From the human T2T-CHM13v2.0 reference genome, Homo sapiens: a stretch of 64,000 bases of DNA. The position numbers were made by a program, and so were the translations under genes. The stretch lies in the NCBI RefSeq assembly GCF_009914755.1, contig NC_060940.1; one strand, given 5' to 3'. The notes under the pieces are model-generated. The model saw nothing but the letters and a program-made list of their open reading frames with translations. It was not told the DNA's origin and did no database searches. Positions 1 to 12,500 of the stretch are shown in pieces (within the stretch, counting starts at the first letter, position 1; every line of letters starts with the position of its first letter).

Positions 1-3000
1 GTGCAATTTGCAAGTGGAGATTTCAAGCGCTTTGATGCCAATGGTAGAAAAGGATATATCTTCGTATAAAAACAAGACAAAATCTTTCCCAGAATCTGTG
101 TAGTGATCTGTTTGTTTAACTCACAGAGTTTAACCTTTCTTATCATACAGCATTCTGGAAACCCTCAGTTTGTAAAGTCTGCAAGTGGATATTTGGACCT
201 CTTAGATGCCTTCGTTGGAAACGGGATTTCTTCATATAATGCTAGAGGGAAGAATTCTTAGTAACTTCTTTGTGTTGTGTGTATTCAACTGACAGAGTTG
301 AACCTTCCTTTAGACAGAGCAGATTTGAAACACTCTTTTTGTGGAATTTCCAAGTGGAGACTTCAAGCGCTTTGAGGTCAAAGGCAGAAAAGTTATTATC
401 TTTGTATAAAAACCAGACAGAATCATTCTCAGAAACTGCTCTGTGATGTGTGCGTTCAACTCACAGAGTTTAACTTTTCTTTTCATTCAGCAGTTTGGAA
501 ACACTCTGTTTGTAAAGTCTGCACGTGGATATTTTGACCTCTTTGAGGCCTTCGTTGGAAACGGGTTTTTTTCATGTAATTCTAGACAGAAGAAATCTCA
601 GTAACTTCCTTGTGTTGTGTGTATTCAACTGCCAGAGTTGAACCTTCCTTTAGACAGAGCACATTCGAAACACTCTTTTTGTGCAATTTGCAAGTGGAGA
701 CTTCAAGCGCTTTGAGGCCAAAGGCAGAAGAGGAAATATCTTCGTATAAAAACCAGACAGAATAATTCTCAGAAACTGCTCTGTGATGTGTGCGTTCAAC
801 TCACAGAGTTTAACTTTTCTTTTCATTCAGCAGTTTGGAAATGCTCTGTTTGTAAAGTCTGCAAGTGGATATATTGGCCTCTTTGAGGCCTTCGTTGGAA
901 ACGGGTTTTTTTCATGTAAGGCTAGACAGAGGAATTCCCAGTAACTTCCTTGTGTTGTGTGCATTCAACTCACAGAGTTGAATGATTCTTTACACAGAGC
1001 AGATTTGGACACTCTTTTGGTGGAATTTGTAACTGGAGAAATCAGCAGCTTTGAGGTCAATGTTAGAAAAGGAAATATCTTCGTATAAAAACTAGACAGA
1101 ATGATTCTCAGAAACTGTTTTGTGATGTGTGGGTTCAACTCACAGATTTTAACCTTTCTTTTCACAGAGCAGTTAGGAAACACTCTGTTTGTAAAGTCTG
1201 CAAGTGGATATTCAGTCCTCTTTGAGGCCTTCGTTGGAAACGGGATTTCTTCACATTATGCTAGACAGAAGAAATCTCAGTAACTTCCTTGTGGTGTGTG
1301 TATTCAACTCACAGAGTTGAACAATCCTTTACACAGAGCAGATTTGAAACACTCTTTTTCTGGAATTTGCAAGTGGAGATTTCAGCCGCTTTGAGGTCAA
1401 TGTTAGAAAAGGAAATATCTTCGTATAAAAACTAGACAGAATGATTCTCAGAAAATGTTTTGTGATGTGTGCGTTCAACTCACAGAGTTTAACCTTTCTT
1501 TTCATAGAGCAGTTAGGAAACACTCTGTTTGGGAACTCTGCCAGTGGATATTCGGACCTCTTTGAGGCCTTCGTTGGAAACGGGATTTCTTCATATTATG
1601 CTTGACAGAAGATTTCTCAGTAACTACTTTGTGTTGTGTGTATGCAACTCACAGAGTTCAACCTTCCTTTAGACAGAGCAGATTTGAAACACTCTTTTTT
1701 TGGAATTTGCTAGTGGAGATTTCAAGCGCTTCGATGCCAATGGTAGAAAAGGATACTTCTTCGTATAAAAACAAGACAAAATCATTCCCAGAATCTGCGT
1801 AGTGATGTGTGTGTTTAACTCAAAGAGTTTAACCTTTCTTTTCATACAGCATTCTGGGAACACTCTGTTTGTAAAGTCTGCAAGTGGATATTTGGACCGC
1901 TTAGATGTCTTCATTGGAAACGGGATTTCTTCATATAATGTTAGAGGGAAGAATTCTTAGTAACTTCTTTGTGGTGTGTGTATTCAACTCACAGAGTTGA
2001 ACCATCCTTTACACAGAGCAGATCTGAAACACTCTTTTTGTGGAATTTGCAAGTGGAGATTTCAGCCACCTTGAGGTCAATGTTAGAAAAGGAAATATCT
2101 TCGTATAAAAACTAGACAGAATGATTCTCAGAAAGTGTTTTGTGACGTGTGCGTTCAACTCACAGAGTTTAACCTTTCTTTTCATAGAGCAGTCAGGAAA
2201 CACTCTGTTTGTGAAGCCTACCAGTGGATGTTCGGACCTCTTTGAGGCCTTCGTTGGAAACGGGATTTCTTTATATTATGCTAGACAGAAGATTTCTCAG
2301 TAACTACTTTGTGTTGTGTGTATGCAACTCACAGAGTTCAACCTTCCTTTAGACAGAGCAGATTTGAAACACTCTTTTTGTGGAATTTGCAAGTGGAGAT
2401 TTCAAACGCTTCGATGCCAATGGTAGAAAAGGAAATATCTTCGTACAAAAACAAGACAAACTCGTTCCCAGACACTCCGTAGTGATGTGTGTGTTTAACT
2501 CACAGAGTTTAACCTTTCTTTTCATACAGCATTCTGGAAACCCTCTGTTTGTAAACTCTGCAAGTGGATATTTGGACCTCTTAAATGCCTTCGTTGGAAA
2601 CGGGATTTCTTCATATAATGCTAGAGGGAAGAATTCTTAGTAACTTCTTTGTGTTGTGTGTATTCAACTGACAGAGTTGAACTTTCCTTTAGACAGAGCA
2701 GATTTGAAACTCTCTTTTTGTGGAATTTGCAAGTGGAGATTTCAAGCGCTTTGAGGCCAAAAACAGAAAAGGAAATATTTTCCTATAAAAACTAGACAGA
2801 ATCATTCTCAGAAACTGCTCAGTGATGTGTGCGTTCAACTCACAGAGTTTAACTTTTCTTTTCATTCAGCAGTTTGGAAACACTCTGTTTGTAAAGTCTG
2901 CACGTGGATATTTTGACCTCTTTGAGGCCTTCGTTGGGAACGGGTTTTTTTCATGTAATGCTAGACAGAAGAAATCTCAGTAACTTCCTTGTGTTGTGTG

Positions 3001-6000
3001 TATTCAACTGCCAGGGTTGAACCTTCCTTTAGACAGAGCAGATTCGAAACACTCTTTTTGTGCAATTTGCAAGTGGAGACTTCAAGCGCTTTGAGGCCAA
3101 AGGCAGAAAAGGAAATATCTTCGTATAAAAAACAGACAGAATCATTCTGAGAAACTGCTCTGTGATGTGTGCGTTCAACTCACAGAGTTTAACTTGTCTT
3201 TTCATTCAGCAGTTTGGAAACACTCTGTTTGTAAAGTCTGCAAGTGGATATATTGGCCTCTTTGAGGCCTTCGTTGGAAACGGGTTTTTTTCATGTAAGG
3301 CTAGACAGAGGAATTCCCAGTAACTTCCTTGTGTTGTGTGCATTCAACTCACAGAGTTGAATGATTCTTTACACAGAGCAGATTTGAGACACTCTTTTGG
3401 TGGAATTTGTAAGTGGAGAATTCAGCCGCTTTGAGGTCAATGGTAGAAAACGAAATATCTTCGTATAAAAACTAGACAGAATGATTCTCAGAAACTGTTT
3501 TTGATGTGTGCGTTCAACTCACAGAGTTTAACCTTTCTTTTCACAGAGCAGTTAGGAAACACTCTGTTTGTAAAGTCTGCAAGTGGATACTCAGACCTCT
3601 TTGAGGCCTTCATTGGAAAAGGGATTTCTTCATATTATGCTAGACAGAAGAAATCTCAGTAACTTCCTTGTGGTGTGTGTATTCAACTCACAGAGTTGAA
3701 CCATCCTTTACACAGAGCAGATCTGAAACACTCTTTTTGTGGAATTTGCAAGTGGAGATTTCAGCCGCTTTGAGGTCAATGGTAGAAAAAGAAATATCTT
3801 CGTATAAAAACTAGACAGAATGATTCTCAGAAACTCCTTTGTGATGTGTGCGTTCAACTCACAGAGTTTAACCTTTCTTTTCACAGAGCAGTTAGGAAAC
3901 ACTCTGTTTGTGAAGCCTGCCAGTGGATATTCGGACCTCTTTGAGGCCTTCGTTGGAAACGGGATTTCTTCATATTATGCTAGACAGAAGATTTCTCAGT
4001 AACTTCTTTGTGTTGTGTGTATGCAACTCACAGAGTTCAACCTTCCTTTAGACAGAGCAGATTTGAAACACTCTTTTTGTGGAATTTGCAAGTGGAGATT
4101 TCAAACGCTTCGATGCCAATGGTAGAAAAGGAAATATCTTCATACAAAAACAAGACAAACTCGTTCCCAGACACTGCGTAGTGATGTGTGTGTTCAACTC
4201 ACAGAGTTTAACCTTTTTTTTTCATACAGCATTCTGGAAACCCTCTGTTTGTAAACTCTGCAAGTGGATATTTGGACCTCTTAAATGCCTTCGTTGGAAA
4301 CGGGATTTCTTCATATAATGCTAGAGGGAAGAATTCTTAGTAACTTCTTTGTGTTGTGTGTATTCAACTGACAGAGTTGAACTTTCCTTTAGACAGAGCA
4401 GATTTGAAACTCTCTTTTTGTGGAATTTGCAAGTGGAGATTTCAAACGCTTTGAGGCCAAAAACAGAAAAGGAAATATTTTCCTATAAAAACTAGACAGA
4501 ATCATTCTCAGAAACTGCTCAGTGATGTGTGCGTTCAACTCACAGAGTTTAACTTTTCTTTTCATTCAGCAGTTTGGAAACACTCTGTTTGTAAAGTCTG
4601 CAAGTGGATATTTTGACCTCTTTGAGGCCTTCGTTGGGAACGGGTTTTTTTCATGTAATGCTAGACAGAAGAAATCTCAGTAACTTCCTTGTGTTGTGTG
4701 TATTCAACTGCCAGGGTTGAACCTTCCTTTAGACAGAGCAGATTCGAAACACTCTTTTTGTGCAATTTGCAAGTGGAGACTGCAAGCGCTTTGAGGCCAA
4801 AGGCAGAAAAGGAAATATCTTCGTATAAAAAACAGACAGAATCATTCTCAGAAACTGCTCTGTGATGTGTGCGTTCAACTCACAGAGTTTAACTTTTCTT
4901 TTCATTCAGCAGTTTGGAAACAGTCTGTTTGTAAAGTCTGCAAGTGGATATATTGGCCTCTTTGAGGCCTTCGTTGGAAACGGGTTTTTTTCATGTAAGG
5001 CTAGACAGAGGAATTCCCAGTAACTTCCTTGTGTTGTGTGCATTCAACTCACAGAGTTGAATGATTCTTCACACAGAGGAGATTTGAGACACTCTTTTGG
5101 TGGAATTTGTAATTGGAGAAATCAGCAGCTTTGAGGTCAATGGTAGAAAAGGAAATATCTTCGTATAAAAACTAGACAGAATGATTCTCAGAAACTCCTT
5201 TGTGATGTGTGCGTTCAACTCACAGAGTTTAACCTTTCTTTTCACAGAGCAGTTAGGAAACACTCTGTTTGTAAAGTCTGCCAGTGGATATTCAGACCTC
5301 TTTGAGGCCTTCGTTGGAAACGGGATTTCTTCCTATAATACTACACAGAAGAATTCTCAGTAACTTCCTTGTGTTGTGTGTATTCAACTCACAGAGTTGA
5401 ACCATCCTTTACACAGAGCAGATCTGAAACACTCTTTTTGTGTAATTTGCAATTGGAGATTTCAGCCGCTTTGAGCTCAATGGTAGAAAAGGATATATCT
5501 TCTTATGAAAACTAGACAGAATGATTCTCAGAAACTCCTTTGTGATGTGTGCATTCAACTCACAGAGTTTAACCTTTCTTTTCATAGAGCAGTTAGGAAA
5601 CACTCTGTTTGTGAAGTCTGCAAGTGTATATTCGCACCTCTTTAAAGCCTTCGTTGGAAACGGGATTTCTTCATATTATGCTAGAGAGAAGATTTCTCAG
5701 TAACTTCTTTGTGTTGTGTGTATGCAACTCACAGAGTTCAACCTTCCTTTAGACAGAGCAGATTTGAGACACTCTTTTTGTGGAATTTGCTAGTGGAGAT
5801 TTCAAGCGCTTCGATGCCAATGGTAGAAAAGGGAATATCTTCGTATAAAAACAAGACCAAATCATTCCCAGAAACTGCGTAGTGATGTGTGTGTTTAACT
5901 CACTGAGTTTAACCTTTCTTTTCATACAGCATTCTGGAAACACTCTTTTTGAAAATTCAGCAAATGGATATCTGGACCTCTTAGATGCCTTCTTTGGAAA

Positions 6001-9000
6001 CGGGATTTCTTCATATAATGCTAGAGGGAAGAATTCTTAGTAACTTCTTTGTGTTGTGTGTATTCAACTGACAGAGTTGAACCTTCCTTTAGACAGAGCA
6101 GATTTGAAACACTCTTTTTGTGGAATTTGCAATTGGAGATTTCAAGCGATTTGAGGCCTAAGGCAGAAAAGGAAATATTTTCGTCTAAAAACTAGACAGA
6201 ATCATTCTCAGAAACTGCACCGTGATGTGTGCGTTGAACTCACAGAGTTTAACTTTTCTTTTCATTCAGCAGTTTGGAAACAGTCTGTTTGTAATGTCTG
6301 CAAGTTGATATATTGACCTGTTTGAGGTCTTCGTTGGAAACGGGTTTTTTTCATGTAAGGCTAGACAGAAGAATTCGCAGTAATTTCCTTGTGTTGTGTG
6401 CATTCAACTCACAGAGTTGAACGTTACTTTAGATAGAGGAGATTTGAAACACTCTTTTTGTGCAATTTGCAAGTGGAGATTACAAGCGCTTTAAGGTCAA
6501 TGGCAGAAAAGGAAATATCTTCGTTTCAAAACTAGACAGAATCATTCCCACAAACTGCGTTGTGATGTGTGCGTTCAACTCTCAGAGTTTAACCTTTCTT
6601 TTCATAGAGCCGCTTGTAAACGCTCTGTTTGTCAAGTCTGCAAGCGGATATTCTGACCTCTTTGTCGCCTTTGTTGGAAACGGGATTTCTTCCTATAATA
6701 CTAGACAGAAGAATTCTCAGTAACTTCCTTGTGTTGTGTGTATTCATCTCACAGAGTGGAACCTTCCTTTAGACAGAGGAGATTCGAAACAGTCTTTTTG
6801 TACAATTTGCAAGTGGAGATTTCAAGCGCTATGAGGCCAAAGGCAGAAAAGGAAATATCTTCGTATAAAAACTGGACAGAATCATTCTCAGAAACTGCTC
6901 AGTGATTTGTGCGTTCTACTCACAGAGTTTAACTTTTCTTTTCATTCAGAAGTTTGGAAACACTCTGTTTGTAAAGTCTGCAAGTGGATATATTGACCTC
7001 TTTGAGACCTTCGTTGGAAACGGGTTTTTTTCATGTAAGGCTAGACAGAAGAATTCCCAGTAACTTCCTTGTATTGTGTGTATTCAACTCACAGAGTTGA
7101 ACGTTCCTTTAGATAGAACAAATTTGAAACACACTTTTTGTGGAATTTGCAAGTGGTGAATTCAAGCGCTTTGAGGTCAATGGTACAAAAGGGAATATCG
7201 TCGTATAATAACTAGACAGAAGGATTCTCAGAAACTCCTTTGGGATGTGTGCGTTCAACTCACAGAGTTTAACCTTTCTTTTCATAGAGCAGTTAGGAAA
7301 CACTCTGTTTGTGAAGTCTGCCAGTGGATATTCGGACCTCTTTAAAGAATTCGTTGGAAAAGGGATTTCTTCATATTATGCTAGACAGATGATTTCTCAG
7401 TAACTACTGTTTGTTGTGTTTATGCAACTCACAGAGTTCAACCTTCCTTTAGACAGAGCAGATTTCAAACACTCTTTTTGTGGAATTTGCAATTGGAGAT
7501 TTCAAGCACTTCAATGCCAATGATAGAAAAGGATATATCTTCGTATAAAAACAAGACAAAATCATTCCCAGAATCTGCGTAGTGATGTGTGTGTTTAACT
7601 CACAGAGTCTAACCTTTCTTTTCATGCAGCATTCTGGGAACACTCTGTTTGTAAAGTCTGCAAGTGGATATTTGGACCTCTTAGATGCCTTCGTTGGAAA
7701 CGGGATTTCTTCATATAATGCTAGAGGGATGAATTCTTAGTAACTTCTTTGTGTTGTGTGTATTCAACTGACAGAGTTGAACCTTCCTTTAGACAGAGCA
7801 GATTCGAAACACTCTTTTTGTGCAATTTGCAAGTGGAGACTTCAAGAGCTTTGAGGCCAAAGGCAGAAAAGTTATTATCTTCGTATAAAAACCAGACAGA
7901 ATCATTCTCAGAAACTGCTCTGTGATGTGTGCGTTCAACTGACAGAGTTTAACCTTTCTTTTCATAGAGCCGTCTGTAAGCGCTCTGTTTGTCAAGTCTG
8001 CAAGTGGATATTCTGACCTCTTTGTGGACTTCGTTGGAAACGGTGTTTCTTCCTATAATACTAGACAGAAGAATTCTCAGTAACTTCCTTGTGTTGTGTG
8101 TATTCAACTCACAGAGTTGAACGATCCTTTACACAGAGCAGATTTGAGACACTCTTTTTGTGGAATTTGTAAGTGGAGATATCAGTCGCTTTGAGCTCAA
8201 TGGTAGAAAAGGAAATATCTTCGTATAAAAACTACACAGAATGATTCTCAGAAACTGCTTTGTGATGTGCCCGTTCAACTCACAGAGTTTAACCTTTCTT
8301 TTCATAGAGCAGTTAAGAAACACTCTGTTTGTAAAGTCTGCAAGTGGATATTCAGACCTCTTTGAGGCCTTTGTTGGAAACGGGATTTCTTTAATTTATG
8401 CTAGACAGAAGAATTCTCAGTAACTTCCTTGGGTTGTGTGTATTCACAACACAGATTTGAACCATCCTTTACACAGAGCAGATCTGAAACACTCTTTTTG
8501 TGGAATTTGCAAGTGGAGATTTCAGCCACCTTGAGGTCAATGGTAGAAAAGGAAATATCTTCGTATAAAAACTAGACAGAATGATTCTCAGAAACTGTTT
8601 TGTGATGTGTGTGTTCAACTCACAGAGTTTAACCTTTCTTTTCATAGAGCAGTTAGGAAACACACTGTTTGTGAAGCCTGCCAGTGGATATTCGGACCTC
8701 TTTGAGGCCTTCGTTGGAAACGGGATTTCTTCATATTATGCTAGACAGAAGATTTCTCAGTAACTTCTTTGTGTTGTGTGTATGCAACTCACAGAGTTCA
8801 ACCTTCCTTTACACAGAGTAGATTTGAAGCACTCTTTTTGTGGAATTTGCAAGTGGAGATTTCAAGCGCTTCAATGCCAATGGTAGAAAAGGAAATATCT
8901 TCGTATAAAAAGAAGACAAACTCGTTCCCAGACACTGCGTAGTGATGTGTGTGTTTAACTCACAGAGTTTAACCTTTCTTTTCATACAGCATTCTGGAAA

Positions 9001-9542
9001 CCCTCTGTTTGTAAAGTCTGCAAGTGGATATTTTTACCTCTTAGATGTCTTCGTTGGAAACGGGATTTCTTCATATAATGCTAGAGGGAAGAATTCTTAG
9101 TAACTTCTTTGTGTTGTGTGTATTCAACTGACAGAGTTGAACCTTCCTTTAGACAGAGCAGATTTGGAACTCTCTTTTTGTGGAATTTGCAAGTGGAGAT
9201 TTCAAGCGCTTTGAGGCCAAAAGCAGAAAAGGAAATATTTTCCTATGAAAACTAGACAGAATCATTCTCAGAAACTGCTCTGTGATGTGTGCGTTCAACT
9301 CACAGAGTTTAACTTTTCTTTTCATTCAGCAGTTTGGAAACACTCTGTTTGTAAAGTCTGCACGTGGATATTTTGACCTCTTTGAGGCCTTCGTTGGAAA
9401 CGGGTTTTTTTCATGTAAGGCTGGACAGAAGAAATCTCAGTAACTTCCTTGTGTTGTGCGTATTCAACTGACAGAGTTGAACCTTCCTTTAGACAGAGCA
9501 GATTCGAAACACTCTTTTTGTGCAATTTGCAAGTGGAGACTT
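1..9542 (+). repeat. Alpha satellite, suprachromosomal family 1 (J1/J2 dimers); degenerate 10-mer (~1.7 kb) HOR, D16Z2-like array edge
   Basis: ~340-bp dimer period. Five recurrent dimer types, marked by 'gaagatttctcag..tatgcaactc', 'gctagagggaagaattcttag', 'gaagaaatctcag', 'gaggaattcccag..aatgattctt' and 'accatccttt', recur in the same order. Homologous ORFs are offset by 1699 bp (2121/3820, 2380/4079). Family and array assignment rest on recalled consensus features. Confidence 0.9.
210..9405 (+). promoter_or_regulatory. Periodic CENP-B boxes (CTTCGTTGGAAACGGG[A/T]) in every second monomer
   Basis: Box positions at 210, 550, 890, 1229, 1569 ... 9049, 9389 (28 sites counted by eye). About 9 have a change in an essential NTTCGNNNNANNCGGGN base (1909, 2929, 3608, 4629, 5989, 6669, 7349, 8029, 8369). 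Confidence 0.9.
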
Positions 9543-12500
9543 GGATAGCTTCGAGGATTTCGATGGAAACGGGATTATCTTCATATAAAAAGTAGACGGA
9601 AGCCTTCTGGGAAGCGACTTTGTGATGTTTCCATTCAAGTCTCAGAGTTAAACATTCCCTTTCATAGAGCAGGTTTGAAACACTCTTTTTGTAGTATCTG
9701 GAAGTGGACATTGGGAGCACTTTGAGGCCTACGGTGGAACAGGAAACTTCTTCCCTTAAAAACTAGACAGAAGCATTCTCAGAAACTTGTTTGTCATGTG
9801 TCTACTCAACTAACAGAGTTGAACCTTTCTTTTGGTAGAGCAGATCGGGAACACTCTGTTTGTAGAATCTGCAAGTGGATGTTTGGATAGCTTTGAGGAT
9901 TTCGTTGGAAACGGGAATGTCATCATATAAAATCTAGACAGATTCATTCTCTGAAACTTCTTTATGATGGTTGCATTCGAGTCACAGGGTTGAACATTCC
10001 CTTTCACAGAGCCGGTACAAAACCCTCTTTTTGTAGAATCTGGAGCGCTTTGCAGCCTGCGGTGAAAAAGGCTGTCTCTTCCCATAAAAAGTAGACAGAA
10101 GCATTCTCCAAAACTTGTTTTTTGATGTGTGTACTCAACTAACAGAGTTGAAGCTTTCTTTTGATAGAGTAGTTTTGAAACACTCTTGTTATAGGATCTG
10201 CAAGTTGATATTTGGATTGCTCTGAGGGTTTCGTTGGCAACGGGATTATCTCCATATGAAAAGAAGAAGCATTCTCGGAAACTTCGTCGTGATGTTTGCA
10301 TTCAAGTCACAGAGTTGAGCATTCCCTTTTACAGAGCAGGTTTTGAAACAGTCTTTTTCTAGTATCTGGAAGTGGACATTTGGAGCGCTGTGAGGCCTAC
10401 GGCGAAAAAGGAAACATCTTCCCATAAAAGCTAGACAGAAGCATTCTCAGAAACTTGTTTGTCATGTGTGTACCCCACTAACAGTTTTGAAGCTTTCTTT
10501 TAATAGAGCAGATTTCAAACTCTCTTTTAGAAAAATCTGCAAGTGTATATTTGGATAGCTTTGAGGATTCCGTTGGAAACGGGAATATCGTCATATAAAA
10601 TCTAGACAGATGAATTCTCAGAAACTTCTTTATGGTGATTGCATTCAAGACACAGAGTTGAACATTCCCTTTCACAGAGCCGGTATGAAACACTCTTTTT
10701 GTAGAATCTGGAAGTGGATATTTGGAGGGCTTTGGGGCCTACGGTGAAAAAGGATATCTCTTCCCATAAAAACTAGACAGAAGCATTCTCAGAAACTTGT
10801 TTGTGATGTGTGTACTCAACTAACAGAGTTGAACCTTTCTTTTGAGAGAGCAGTATTGAAACACTCTTTTTGTAGTATCTGGAAGTGGATATTTGGATAG
10901 CTTTCAGGATTTCGTTGGAAACGGGAATATCATCATATAAAATCTAGACAGATGCATTCTCAGAAACTTCTTTATGATGATTGCATTCAAGTCACAGAGT
11001 TGAACATTCCCTTTCATAGAGCAGGTATGAAACACTCTTTTTGCAGAATCTGGAAGTGGACATTTGCAGTGCTTTGAGGCCTATGGTGAAAAAGAAATCT
11101 CTTCCCATAAAAACTAGACAGAAGCTTTCTCAGAAACTTGTTTTTGATGTGTTTACTCAACTAACAGAGTTGAACCTCTCTTTTGATAGAGCAGTTATGA
11201 AACACTCTTGTTATAGAATCTGCAAGTGGATATTTGGATTGCTTTGAGGATTTCGTTGGAAACGGGATTATCTCCATATGAAAAGAAGAAGCATTCTCAG
11301 AAACTTCTTTGTGATCTTTGCATTCAAGTCACGGAGCTGAGCATTCCCTTTTACAGAGCTGGTATGAAACAGTCTTTTTGTAGTGTCTGGAAGTGGAGAT
11401 TCCGAACGCTTAGAGGCCTATGGTGGAAAGGGAAGTATCTTCCCATAAAAACTAGACATATGCATTCTCAGAAACTTGTTTGTGATGTGTGTACTCAAAT
11501 AACAGTGTTGAACCTTTCTTTTGAGAGACCAGTTTTGAACCACTCTTTTTCTAGGATCTGCAAGTGGATATTTGCATAGCTTTTAGGATTTCAGAGGAAA
11601 CGGGAATATCTTTATATGAAAAGTAGACAGAAGCATTTTCAGAAACTTCTTTGTGATGTATGCATTCAAGTCCCAGAGTTGAACATTCCCTTCCATGGAG
11701 CAGGTTTGAAACACTCTTTTTCTTGTATCCGCAAGTGGACATTTGGAGCGCTTTGAGGCCTACGGTGAAAAAGGAAACTCCTTCCCATAAAAACTAGACA
11801 GAAACATTCTCAGAAACTTGTTTGTCATGTGTGTACTCAACTAACAGTGTTGAAGCTTTCTTTTAATAGAGCAGATTTCAAACTCTCTTTTAGAAGGATC
11901 TGCAAGAGGATATTTGGATACCTTTGAGATTTTCGTTGGAAACGGGAATAGCTTCATATAACGTCTAGACAGAAGTATTCTCAGAAACTACTTGGTGATG
12001 TTTGCATTCAAGTCACAGAGTTCAATATTCCATTTCATAGAGCAGGTTTGTAACCCTCTTTTTATAGTATCTGGAAGTGGACCTTTGGAGCGATTGAGGC
12101 CTAAGGTGAAAAACAAAAATTCTTCCCATAAAAACTAGACTGAAGCACTCTCAGAAACTTGTTCCTGATGTGTGTACTCAACTAACAGAGTTGAACCTTT
12201 CTTTTGATAGAGCAGTTTTGAAACACGCTTTTTGTGGAATCTGCAAGTGGATACTTGGATGGCTTTGAGGATTTCGTTGGAAACGGGAATATCTCTCTAT
12301 GAAAAGAAGAAGCATCCTCAGAAACTTCTTTATGAGGTTGGCATTCAAGTCATATTGTTGAACATTCCCTTTCACAGAGCAGGTTTGAAACATTCTTTTT
12401 ATAGTATCTGGAAGTGGACATTTGGAGTGCTTTGAGGCCTTTGGTGAAAAAGGAAATATCTTCCCATAAAATGTAGACAGAAGGATTCTCAGAAACGTGT

